From the NCBI GenBank assembly GCA_002499345.1, contig DALF01000019.1, positions 11,021-75,020 on the forward strand: a DNA stretch of 64,000 nucleotides. Reading direction: 5' to 3'. Positions 8,775 through 17,451 of this stretch are shown here, one piece after another. The notes below the pieces were generated by a model, which had not been told where the DNA came from, did no database searches, and saw only the letters and a program-made list of their open reading frames with translations. Position numbers and translations under genes: made by a program. Each line of letters opens with the position of its first letter. Positions within the stretch are counted from its first letter, which is position 1. Origin of the DNA: Euryarchaeota archaeon UBA170 (lineage in GTDB: Archaea; Thermoplasmatota; Poseidoniia; Poseidoniales; Thalassarchaeaceae).

Positions 8775-9728
8775 CTAGAATTTCCTAGTGGATGAGACAA
8801 ATTTGTGAGTTCCAGAAGATACGTCAATAATTTCTGAGTGTACTGATGCCTTTCCGTCCTGATGGAATTCAACCCCCTTGGTTCTTCCGTCACAGACTCC
8901 TGAGCTAATGAATATTGAGTCATCAGAAGAGCATAAATCATCCCTATCCCACAGCCTCTCGATATCTCCTTCAATCATTCTTTCGGCCCTCTCTCTGTGA
9001 CCATCGTTCTTGAAAACCAATCTTCCCTGAAAGGGAGCACCTAGGCCTCTGAGGGCTGTTGCGGTAATGACTCCCTCGGGAGCGGCCCCAATTCCCATTA
9101 GCATATCAATATCGGAACTTGGATCTGCGGCATTTAATGCCGCGGATACATCTCCATCTCCAATCCTTATCACATTGGCTCCGAAATCAGTGATCTCTCT
9201 GATCAGGGTATGGTGTCTGGGACGATCCATTACTACCACATTGAGTTCTGAAGGAGGCTTTCCCAGTACATTACATGCTGAATCTAGATTGTAGGAAGTC
9301 TCTGCATCGAGGCTCAATTTTCCGAGTAATTCCTTCGATCCTGCAATTTTATCCATGTAGCAGTCTGGAGCATGTAAAAGTGATCCCTTTGGGGCGGCCG
9401 CTAGGACTGCCACTGCATTAGGAAGGTCATTTGCTACATGATTTGTACATTCCAGTGGATCTACTGCAATATCTATGCTTGGTGCGCCGGAGACTCCTTG
9501 CATTGATCCAAGTGGCTCGCCAATCCAAAGCATGGGAGCGTCGTCCCTCTCCCCCTCTCCTATAGCTACCCTGCCATCGAATGGTACCGTATCAAAGACG
9601 GCCCTCATTGCCTCTACTGCGGCTCCATCAGCCGCCTTACCATCTCCTTTTCCCCTCCAAGGAGATGCCGCTACTGCTGCTGCCTCAGTAGCTTGGAGGA
9701 AGAAATTCGCCAGGTTCGATGTCGCCAT
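8775..9728 (-). CDS. glpX: Class II fructose-1,6-bisphosphatase
   Basis: ATEAAA, ADGAAVEAMR, IGEGERDDAPML, DIAVDPLE, YMDKI and GDGDV. Confidence 0.95.
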   Translation of the reverse strand: MATSNLANFFLQATEAAAVAASPWRGKGDGKAADGAAVEAMRAVFDTVPFDGRVAIGEGERDDAPMLWIGEPLGSMQGVSGAPSIDIAVDPLECTNHVANDLPNAVAVLAAAPKGSLLHAPDCYMDKIAGSKELLGKLSLDAETSYNLDSACNVLGKPPSELNVVVMDRPRHHTLIREITDFGANVIRIGDGDVSAALNAADPSSDIDMLMGIGAAPEGVITATALRGLGAPFQGRLVFKNDGHRERAERMIEGDIERLWDRDDLCSSDDSIFISSGVCDGRTKGVEFHQDGKASVHSEIIDVSSGTHKFVSSTRKF

Positions 9729-9753
9729 GTACCTGCGAAGGGCAACTGGTCAT

Positions 9754-10224
9754 TCAATTGTGCGGCTGCCCCTTCTTCTTTTCTAAAACCCTTATTCCCT
9801 CGATACATGTATCCAGATATTGTCCATTTGGGTCTTTCTCGGTGGATTTGAGCATATCGAAAGCGCATAGTAGTCCAGCACTTACTCCACATAGAGCCTC
9901 CATCTCTACACCCGTGGTCCAGTGAGTACTTACTGTTACAGTGCATCTCAATCCATTGGGCTCTATCACCCAATGGACCGAGCACCCCTCTACTGGGACA
10001 GTATGGCAGTGAGGGATGGTCCGGGGGGTTTCTTTGACGGCTTGGATGGCGGCCACCGTGGATGCCTCCCTAACATCTCCTTTGATTGACTTCCCGTTGG
10101 AGACAATATCCAGGCTTTTCTTGGATAGCTTCAGTATTCCTGTGGCCTCGGCTTCTCTGAATACCACTCTCTTGGAACCTATATCGACAATACCAACTCT
10201 TTTTCCATCCATCTTACTGACCAC
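9754..10224 (-). CDS. moaC: Cyclic pyranopterin monophosphate synthase
   Basis: VDIGSK...REAEA, KGDV, IPHCH, TGVEMEAL and DMLKS. Confidence 0.95.
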   Translation of the reverse strand: MVSKMDGKRVGIVDIGSKRVVFREAEATGILKLSKKSLDIVSNGKSIKGDVREASTVAAIQAVKETPRTIPHCHTVPVEGCSVHWVIEPNGLRCTVTVSTHWTTGVEMEALCGVSAGLLCAFDMLKSTEKDPNGQYLDTCIEGIRVLEKKKGQPHN

Positions 10225-10285
10225 GGGAGAGGGGTTTTACTAATAGGTAATCTGGAGGGATATCTAGTTGGATAGAAGAATTATT

Positions 10286-10705
10286 TCATCCTAAGCCAGA
10301 TTTCCAAGATTCACCCTCTGTTGTGACTTCTTTCTTCCATAGAGGGGCCTGTGACTTTAATTCATCCATTATCCACGAACAAGCTGTAAATCCTGATGCC
10401 CTGTGAGGAGAGCTAACATGTACACAAACAATAGGTTCTGATGGTAAAACAACTCCAGTCCTGTGCGCGATAACAACGGAGTTAACATCAAACAATGAGA
10501 TAGCGTTGCGCCCGATTTTTTTTAGGGCGATTGGCAGCTCTTTATCCCAGTGATCGAATTCTAATCTCTCTACCGTAGAATTTCCCTCAGACCCCCTAGT
10601 AATTCCGATAAATGAGACAATGCTTCCACAACCTTCGGTTTCCAGAATCTTTCTTAGAGAATCTGGATTGAGGACTTCTGGCTCAATTGAGATATGCACT
10701 GACAT
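10286..10705 (-). CDS. moaE: Molybdopterin synthase catalytic subunit
   Basis: GSIVSFIGITR, IAHRTG, SSPHR and LKSQAPLWKKE. Start set to the ATG at 10705 (MSVHISI). Confidence 0.93.
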   Translation of the reverse strand: MSVHISIEPEVLNPDSLRKILETEGCGSIVSFIGITRGSEGNSTVERLEFDHWDKELPIALKKIGRNAISLFDVNSVVIAHRTGVVLPSEPIVCVHVSSPHRASGFTACSWIMDELKSQAPLWKKEVTTEGESWKSGLG

Positions 10706-10784
10706 AGATGCGCATCCCCTTACTCGACTTGAATTAGCCGGAAGAGACCCAACTGTTGAAGCGTATGACATAAGTCGGATATTC

Positions 10785-12011
10785 GTGGAAAGAGGACCCA
10801 TACACATTCTCGGGGCTGGTCTGTCGGGACTGTCGGCGGCTACCATACTAGCCAATGCGGGCATTGAAGTACACGTACATGAAATCAGAGGCGATAGCGG
10901 TGCGAGGTTCGACGGAGACTTTCAAGGACTGGAAAATTGGACGACTGGGAATGACTTCTTCGAAGATATGCGGGAATGGGGCCTTGATCCTGGATCTTTC
11001 AAATCCGATGCATTCAGCGTCGTAGACCTAATCCATCCAGACGATGTGATCACACAACCCAGAACTGAAGGTATTGCATTCAGGGTAGTCGAGAGGGGCA
11101 CTGATGAGCATTGCATAGATCAGGGCTTCAAGAGAATGGCAATTGCGGCTGGAGCTAAAATACACTACAACTCCAGAAGAGACCCACAGGATTGCCAAAT
11201 TATTGCTGCTGGCCCCAAGGAGTCAAGTGCGATAGCTTTTGGAGAAGTCTTTCATACGGATCATCCAAATCATGTTTCATTCCAATTAAATGATAAATTG
11301 GCCCCTGGTGCTTATTCATACCTGATAATAATTGATGGTGTTGGCCTCATCTGTACCTGTCTTTGGAGGAAACAGAAGAAGAGTGGCAGATATCTGAATG
11401 AAACTATTGCTTGGTACGATAAGCATTACGAGTTGAATCGGAAGCCAATCAAGAGAGTCGGGGGGAAAGGAGATTTTTCCATTCCCGATAGGTATGTACA
11501 TGATGGGAGATTCTACGTTGGGGAAGCGGGCGGACTTCAAGATTTCATGTGGGGCTTTGGGATGAGATATGCAATAACTAGTGGGTCTTTGGCCGCTAAA
11601 TCGATACTTGGCGAGTGCGACTACGAAGATGAAATTAGGAAACGCCTGGTACCGCTGATCAAGGTCAGTGCTACAAATCGATTCCTAATGAACAGGATTG
11701 GGGATAGAGGGTTCAAGAAGGTCGCGCAATATTGGATGAGAGATCAAAAGAAGAGGGGAGATGGATTGGAATTTATGCGCTGGGTATACACCCCTGGCAT
11801 AATCAGAAAGATGATGTGGCCCATTGCAAAATTGGCCATGCTCAGGAGAAAAAAGATGAATGATGGGAGGATGGTGACTAGAATGCCCTTCCGTGGATCT
11901 CTTAGAAGAGATTCTTGGGAGCAGAGCGAAGAGGCTCTTAAAATTGGAGAGCAGTGGAAGGAAGTTAAGAAAACAGGAGGTTCCGTATCCTTCCCAGATA
12001 GTGATACATGA
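10785..12011 (+). CDS. FAD-dependent oxidoreductase (geranylgeranyl reductase-like family)
   Basis: GAGLSGLSAA Rossmann motif, APGAYSY and VGEAGGLQD...GMRYAITSG. GTG start at 10785 with a TTGAA box 24 nt upstream. Confidence 0.8.
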   Translation: MERGPIHILGAGLSGLSAATILANAGIEVHVHEIRGDSGARFDGDFQGLENWTTGNDFFEDMREWGLDPGSFKSDAFSVVDLIHPDDVITQPRTEGIAFRVVERGTDEHCIDQGFKRMAIAAGAKIHYNSRRDPQDCQIIAAGPKESSAIAFGEVFHTDHPNHVSFQLNDKLAPGAYSYLIIIDGVGLICTCLWRKQKKSGRYLNETIAWYDKHYELNRKPIKRVGGKGDFSIPDRYVHDGRFYVGEAGGLQDFMWGFGMRYAITSGSLAAKSILGECDYEDEIRKRLVPLIKVSATNRFLMNRIGDRGFKKVAQYWMRDQKKRGDGLEFMRWVYTPGIIRKMMWPIAKLAMLRRKKMNDGRMVTRMPFRGSLRRDSWEQSEEALKIGEQWKEVKKTGGSVSFPDSDT

Positions 12012-12062
12012 CTCCCTAGTGGTTTCCGTTTGATTGATATGGACCTCCCTTGTGGAAAGGTC

Positions 12063-12923
12063 ATGACGTCATGGCCCGAACTTCAGCCGATGAAAAACAA
12101 CTTGGTAAACTATGGAGTAACAGAGAACGGCATTGCGATAATCGAACTTTGCTCGGACTCTGCTGGAGAGCCACTCTCTGAGGGAAAAACTCCTGTAAAC
12201 ACATACACTAGAGAAATGTGGCACGATATTGATGATGCGATACTAAGTGCGAGATTTGATGATGATGTATCTGTTATTCTAATCACGGGATATGGTGAAA
12301 AATTCTTCTCAGCTGGTGCTAGTATCAAGTACCTAAACAAACTAACTCCAAGGTACAAGTATTTCTTCTGCCTTCATGCTAACGAGACTCTTTCCCGATT
12401 GGAGCAAACCCCAAAGCTCGTCATAGCCGCTTTGAATGGGCATACCGTCGGAGGGGGCCTCGAAATAGCTATGGCCGCGGATATCAGAGTTGCTAGAAAG
12501 GGAAATTTCCAAGTCGGACTTCCCGAAGTGGCTCTTGGAGTTCTTGCAGGCACTGGAGGGACTGCTCGTTTATCCAGACTGGTCGGAAAGGCGAAAGCCA
12601 TGGAGATAATGGTTACAGGGAGAAAGTTCTCCTTTGAGGAATCGCGAGAAATGGATCTCGTTCACGACATATATGACTCGATGTCGCTTGAGGAATTTCA
12701 TCAGGATGTCCTAGACTATGCGGGAAGATTTACCCTGCCCTTCGCCGCGGCAAAGGCCATTGGTAATATCAAGAGAAGTGTCCAAAGTGGCCTAGAGATT
12801 CCACTAGAGTATCACTTGGCCTTGGAGAGGGAGCTACAATCTGATTTATTCCAATCCAACGATGCCAAGGCAGGAATCAAGGCGTATGTCGAGACAAAGA
12901 CCCCGAGATTTGAAGGGAACTGA
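12063..12923 (+). CDS. Enoyl-CoA hydratase/isomerase (candidate BoxC-like ring-opening enzyme)
   Basis: FFSAGASI, ALNGHTVGGGLEIAMAADIR and GLPEVALGVLAGTGGT; lies directly upstream of the BoxB-like gene. Confidence 0.85.
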   Translation: MTSWPELQPMKNNLVNYGVTENGIAIIELCSDSAGEPLSEGKTPVNTYTREMWHDIDDAILSARFDDDVSVILITGYGEKFFSAGASIKYLNKLTPRYKYFFCLHANETLSRLEQTPKLVIAALNGHTVGGGLEIAMAADIRVARKGNFQVGLPEVALGVLAGTGGTARLSRLVGKAKAMEIMVTGRKFSFEESREMDLVHDIYDSMSLEEFHQDVLDYAGRFTLPFAAAKAIGNIKRSVQSGLEIPLEYHLALERELQSDLFQSNDAKAGIKAYVETKTPRFEGN

Positions 12924-12983
12924 GAGTAAATTTGCCGATTCTATGATACGTCGTTTGATATACCTGTTATTCGAGCGAGGGTT

Positions 12984-14123
12984 ATGGCAGATACTGAGAT
13001 AGTAGAGAGTTACAGTCAAAACTTTGAGTCTTGGATTAGTGACTTCAGCGAGTGGCAGACAAGAATTGGTTTCGATCCTTCATGGCTCGGAGATTACAGG
13101 TTTGATATCAAATTTGATTGGGATACTGCGGGTAGCGAGATAGAGTTTGGAGATTTCCAAGGAATGCCTAAGTGGGAGCGAAGAATGCAGATTCCCCAGC
13201 AGAACATTATGGATGCAATCATCAACATGGTAAGCGTTCAGGGAGATACAGAATTTGCAAGTGTTGAGCAACAGAATCACTTACTCGCTTCAGCACCTAC
13301 TGAATATGATAGAAAGTCCGCACTTAGGATAATGTGTGAAGAACAAAGGCATGGCTGGCAGATGGCATATCTATTGTGCACATTCTTTGGAGAGCAAGGT
13401 GTCAGGGAGGCGTCCAAGCTATTGGAGAGGAATGCCCAGGAGGGAACCAGAATTCTAGGTTCATTCAACGAACCCATTGACCACTGGCTTGATTTCTTCT
13501 GCTTCACACACTTCATAGACAGAGATGGAAAGTACCAGCTGAAAATGCTGAGTACATCATCATTCAAACCACTTGCGGCAAGCATGGGACCGATGCTGAA
13601 AGAGGAGTCCTTCCACTTGGGAACAGGTGCAAACGGACTGAGAAGAATTGTCAAGCAAGGCGTCATACCGGTTTCTCTGTTACAGAAATACATCAACAAG
13701 TGGGTCAGTACCGGGCTCGACCTATTCGGAACCGATGACTCGACCAGTGCCCAGTGGGCTTATGTTTATGGCGTCAAAGGAAGATATGACGAGCGAGAGT
13801 CTGATGCCGATGCAGATAGAGCGCACCTGAATGAGGCTAGTAGAGATCTTTACTTTGAGGAATTGAGAAAGGAAATGGTCAGAATCAGTAAGTCCCGGAA
13901 GGAAGGGGAGCCAGAGCTATATCTCCCCTCTGATAAATTCAAGAGGGGGATCGGCAAGTATGCAGGAGAGAAGTTCACTGTTCACGGGGAAGTTTTCGAA
14001 GGCAGTGATAGTGATTATGAAGCCTACCTAGCGACTGTGATTCCAACTGATGAAGATGAACATAAGCTAATCAACGATTACATGAAGAAAGAGTGGATTC
14101 AGTACAGAGAGTGGAAAGGCTAG
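12984..14123 (+). CDS. boxB: Benzoyl-CoA 2,3-epoxidase BoxB-like di-iron protein (PaaA/PaaI-like family)
   Basis: QGDTEFASVEQQ, APTEYD, EEQRH, FTHFIDRDGKYQL and EESFH (two ExxH di-iron motifs), plus LDLFG, all characteristic of BoxB. Confidence 0.8.
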   Translation: MADTEIVESYSQNFESWISDFSEWQTRIGFDPSWLGDYRFDIKFDWDTAGSEIEFGDFQGMPKWERRMQIPQQNIMDAIINMVSVQGDTEFASVEQQNHLLASAPTEYDRKSALRIMCEEQRHGWQMAYLLCTFFGEQGVREASKLLERNAQEGTRILGSFNEPIDHWLDFFCFTHFIDRDGKYQLKMLSTSSFKPLAASMGPMLKEESFHLGTGANGLRRIVKQGVIPVSLLQKYINKWVSTGLDLFGTDDSTSAQWAYVYGVKGRYDERESDADADRAHLNEASRDLYFEELRKEMVRISKSRKEGEPELYLPSDKFKRGIGKYAGEKFTVHGEVFEGSDSDYEAYLATVIPTDEDEHKLINDYMKKEWIQYREWKG

Positions 14124-14133
14124 TGGAGGTGGA

Positions 14134-14700
14134 TTGATGCAATTTCACTCATTGACCCTTTTTGACAAAGAGAAGTGTGCTCACTTCTTTGATCACCTAA
14201 CCGATTATTTCTACAAACACCACCATTCAGATGAAGAATATGCAGATACCTATGAGAATCTTCTGTATACGGTGAAACGCCCATACACTGCTGGGATGCT
14301 CGATCAAATAGATGACTGGATGGGACTCCCAAAGAGACAGTGGAGGGAAGAAACACAGAGAGAGGTAATGCTCTCCCTCTATGCCATTAGATACCCAGAT
14401 ACCTTGCTAATTGATAGTCTAACTGAAAAGCCGAAGTCCGATATCAGAAGACTCTCTGCTTACCTTCACTTCACACACCATACCTACTCTATATGGGATG
14501 AAGATACTAGGAAGGGGCTGGAAAGACTTGGAATAATGATTCCTCCCACTGAAGAAGCGGATCCTTTCATCTACGGAGCATATGTGTCTGCCATTGAGCT
14601 ACTAAAGGACGTAGCTCCATTTACTTGCTTCCTTGAACATGACGTTCCTCGGCAGAGGTTGTTTCAGTCAGCTCTGGCCGCTTATGGCCGTGAAGCTTGA
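14134..14700 (+). CDS. Hypothetical protein in the BoxB operon
   Basis: 188 aa, preceded by a GGAGGTG Shine-Dalgarno 10 nt after the boxB stop. Confidence 0.8.
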   Translation: MMQFHSLTLFDKEKCAHFFDHLTDYFYKHHHSDEEYADTYENLLYTVKRPYTAGMLDQIDDWMGLPKRQWREETQREVMLSLYAIRYPDTLLIDSLTEKPKSDIRRLSAYLHFTHHTYSIWDEDTRKGLERLGIMIPPTEEADPFIYGAYVSAIELLKDVAPFTCFLEHDVPRQRLFQSALAAYGREA

Positions 14701-14741
14701 GTACGTCTTATTTCTTGGACTGTCTTCGAGGTAGCGTGAGT

Positions 14742-15620
14742 ATGCGTACCGTAGCTGTAATTGGAGCTGGGACAATGGGCTCAGGAATCGCGCAAGTTTG
14801 TGTCCAGACTGGTTGGGAAACTAGATTGTACGATGCGTTTCCAGATTCCCTTGAGAAGGGAATGTTTTCCATTAGTGAGTTTTGGAGAAGTGGTATCTCG
14901 CGTGGCAAGAATACTGAAGAAGAAGTAAAAATCTGGTCAAATAAATTAGTAGCATGCGATAATCTTGAGAGGGCCCTGTCAGGAGTTAATCTTGTAATCG
15001 AGGCAGTCCCAGAGAGAATTGATTTGAAAAAATCAATATTCAGAAAAATAGAGGAGTTTGCACCGGAAAATGCAATTTTAGCTACTAATACCTCTGGATT
15101 GAGAATATCAGAAATTGCATCTGCAGTGAAAAATCCGGAGAGGGTAGTTGGAATGCACTTCTTCAATCCAGTTCCAATTATGAAGCTATTAGAAGTAATC
15201 AAACATGACCTAGCTTCTGATGATATCGTAAGAGAAGTTATCGAGATTGGTGAAAAAATGGGAAAAACTACTATTGTTGTCGGAGACATACCAGGTTTTG
15301 CAACTAGTAGGCTTGGGGTGATATTAGGTAATGAGGCGATTAGAATGTTGGCAGAGGGAGTGGCAAGTGCCAGTGACATTGACACGGCTATGAAGCTAGG
15401 ATATAGACATCCAATGGGACCCTTAGAGTTGTCTGACTTAGTGGGCCTAGACGTACGTAGAGATATTTTGAATAATCTTGCAGAGTCGTTCGATGATTCT
15501 TCTTATCTTCCTCATCCACTACTAGATAGACTAGTAGAATCTGGAGAATTGGGAAAGAAGACTGGTCGTGGCATTTACAACTGGTCTGAAGAAGGGAAAT
15601 CAGAGAGAGAAGATCTGTGA
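14742..15620 (+). CDS. 3-hydroxyacyl-CoA dehydrogenase
   Basis: VIGAGTMGSGIAQ, VIEAVPE, LATNTS, GMHFFNPVP and HPMGPLELSDLVGLD. Confidence 0.95.
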   Translation: MRTVAVIGAGTMGSGIAQVCVQTGWETRLYDAFPDSLEKGMFSISEFWRSGISRGKNTEEEVKIWSNKLVACDNLERALSGVNLVIEAVPERIDLKKSIFRKIEEFAPENAILATNTSGLRISEIASAVKNPERVVGMHFFNPVPIMKLLEVIKHDLASDDIVREVIEIGEKMGKTTIVVGDIPGFATSRLGVILGNEAIRMLAEGVASASDIDTAMKLGYRHPMGPLELSDLVGLDVRRDILNNLAESFDDSSYLPHPLLDRLVESGELGKKTGRGIYNWSEEGKSEREDL

Positions 15621-15629
15621 GTTGGTTCA

Positions 15630-15926
15630 GTGCAGGAGATTTTCATCGAGACCATAGGAATAATCGCGGGCTCTCTTGGCGTAATTGCATGGATACCTCA
15701 AATTAGAGAGGTTTGGATTGAGGGCTTGCACGAAGGGATTTCGCTACCGACCTTCTTTCTCGTGTCTTCCGCTTTGGTTCTTTGGCTGATATATGGATTT
15801 TTAGTGAGTTCTATATCAATAATTATAGCAAATATTGCCGCTTTGGTATGTATCATATCACTCATTGTTGGAGTAATGAGACTACGTAATTCAGAGCCGA
15901 ATAGTGGTGCGAACACCGGGAGTTGA
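15630..15926 (+). CDS. SemiSWEET / PQ-loop family transporter
   Basis: Three TM helices, AWIPQI (PQ motif), GISL, LWLIYG and IIAN. Confidence 0.85.
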   Translation: MQEIFIETIGIIAGSLGVIAWIPQIREVWIEGLHEGISLPTFFLVSSALVLWLIYGFLVSSISIIIANIAALVCIISLIVGVMRLRNSEPNSGANTGS

Positions 15927-15979
15927 ACCCGGGTTAGCAGGTTGGGAACCTGCTGTCATAACCACTAGACCATGTCCGC
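15905..15979 (-). tRNA. tRNA-Gly (CCC)
   Basis: GCGGACATGGTCTAGTGGTTATGACAGCAGGTTCCCAACCTGCTAACCCGGGTTCAACTCCCGGTGTTCGCACCA forms a full cloverleaf with an encoded CCA. Confidence 0.97.
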
Positions 15980-16027
15980 TTGTTAGTTGGGAGTCGTAAT
16001 AGGTAATTTAGCGACTCGGTTTGGAAA

Positions 16028-17359
16028 CTAGGGTCTGGCATCTGCCTTCTTATTCCTTGATTTCCTTCTATGTCTGCGATTTCCCTTATCTCCATAATTC
16101 TTGCTACGATTATCGTCAGAACCTTTGTTGAAGCCATTTCTTTTCGAGTTTCTTGAACGCCCTCTTCTGCTGCGTTTTTTCCTCCCGCTTGAGTTCCCTT
16201 CCCCTTTTTCACTTGAGGGAATTAGATTGAATTCATTCTTTTTTAATTCCTCGGGTCTAGGATCGGTGAATCTTTTTCTTATTCCTACTTCTCTCTGAAT
16301 TCTGTTGTAACTTCTTTGCTCGTTCCTCTTGACAAAAGAGATTACAACTCCACTATTTCCCGCTCTCGCAGTTCTGCCGCTCCTATGCTTGTATGCCTTT
16401 GCATCATCAGGGGGATCGTAGTGAATTACACAGTTTATCCCTTCAACATCTATACCTCTTGCTGCGACATCTGTAGCTACAAGCACCATGCTTCTACCGC
16501 TACTAAACTTCCTCATTGCACGGTCTCTCTGTTTTTGATTCAAGCCCCCGTGTAGTGAGGAAAGAGCGACACTGTCTAACTGCATCTCATCACTCAATCT
16601 ATCTACTCCTGCCCTGGTTCTACAGAATATGATGCTCCTTCCTGACCTCCTCACTGATTTCACAGCAACCTCGGTCTTATTGTGTGGCTTGACATTCCAG
16701 AAGAGGTGCTCCATACTATCCATACTGATTTCTTTTGGCCCCACCTCAATTCTGACTGGGTCGTCCTGATACGACTTGACTAGCTTGGAAACGTCACGAT
16801 CTAAGGTAGCGCTGAAAAGTATCATTTGAGGTTCGCTGGTACACTTATCAATAATTCTACAGACTGGTTCCATGAATCCCATATCAGCCATTCGATCGGC
16901 TTCATCAAGAACTACTATGCTGACATCTTCCAGTGATAGTGCTTTTCTCTTTAGTAAATCGAGGAGTCGTCCCGGACAAGCGACTAGAATTTCTACTCCC
17001 TTCTCCAAACCCCTAAGTTGCTTTCCGTATGATGTTCCCCCATATACTGAGAGTACTTTCATTCTTGAATCCCAAGCTAATGGATCTAAGACATTCCTGA
17101 TCTGTTCCGCCAACTCCCTGGTAGGAGTGAGAATCAATGCGGTTGGCTTCTTTGGTTTCGCTGGAAGGGTTCGGGAAATCAATGGGAGCCCAAACGCTAG
17201 AGTCTTTCCTGAGCCCGTTGGGGCCCTACAGCAAATATCTCTTCCTTCCATTGCACTTGGGATAGCTTCAATCTGGACTTCGAAGGGCTCGGTGATTCCT
17301 TGGTCGGCTAGACAGCTAACCAAACTTGGCTCGATTCCTAAGTCTGAGAATTGAACCAC
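16028..17359 (-). CDS. DEAD-box RNA helicase
   Basis: APTGSGKT, PTRELA, DEAD, SAT, ARGID, HRSGRTAR and a basic C-terminal tail. Confidence 0.96.
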   Translation of the reverse strand: MVQFSDLGIEPSLVSCLADQGITEPFEVQIEAIPSAMEGRDICCRAPTGSGKTLAFGLPLISRTLPAKPKKPTALILTPTRELAEQIRNVLDPLAWDSRMKVLSVYGGTSYGKQLRGLEKGVEILVACPGRLLDLLKRKALSLEDVSIVVLDEADRMADMGFMEPVCRIIDKCTSEPQMILFSATLDRDVSKLVKSYQDDPVRIEVGPKEISMDSMEHLFWNVKPHNKTEVAVKSVRRSGRSIIFCRTRAGVDRLSDEMQLDSVALSSLHGGLNQKQRDRAMRKFSSGRSMVLVATDVAARGIDVEGINCVIHYDPPDDAKAYKHRSGRTARAGNSGVVISFVKRNEQRSYNRIQREVGIRKRFTDPRPEELKKNEFNLIPSSEKGEGNSSGRKKRSRRGRSRNSKRNGFNKGSDDNRSKNYGDKGNRRHRRKSRNKKADARP

Positions 17360-17451
17360 TGGAAACCCTACAAGACGCCCCGCGTAGGTACCCTATTTAG
17401 TATGGATAGTTGAGTAAGTAGGATTCTGGTTAAACCATCAATATGGCTAAT

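Noticed and set aside
10706..10864. Apparent long overlap between the moaE and oxidoreductase ORFs
   Set aside because: An artefact of maximal ORF calling. The real starts at 10705(-) and 10785(+) give a 79-bp divergent promoter. The same applies to bud32/nadA and tdh/pyrG.
14708..15385. Long antisense ORFs (e.g. 14708-15385, 23189-23878, 39328-39948, 41888-42565, 51167-51844, 59802-60617)
   Set aside because: These are shadow frames opposite well-conserved genes, Ser/Ile/Pro-rich and without motifs.
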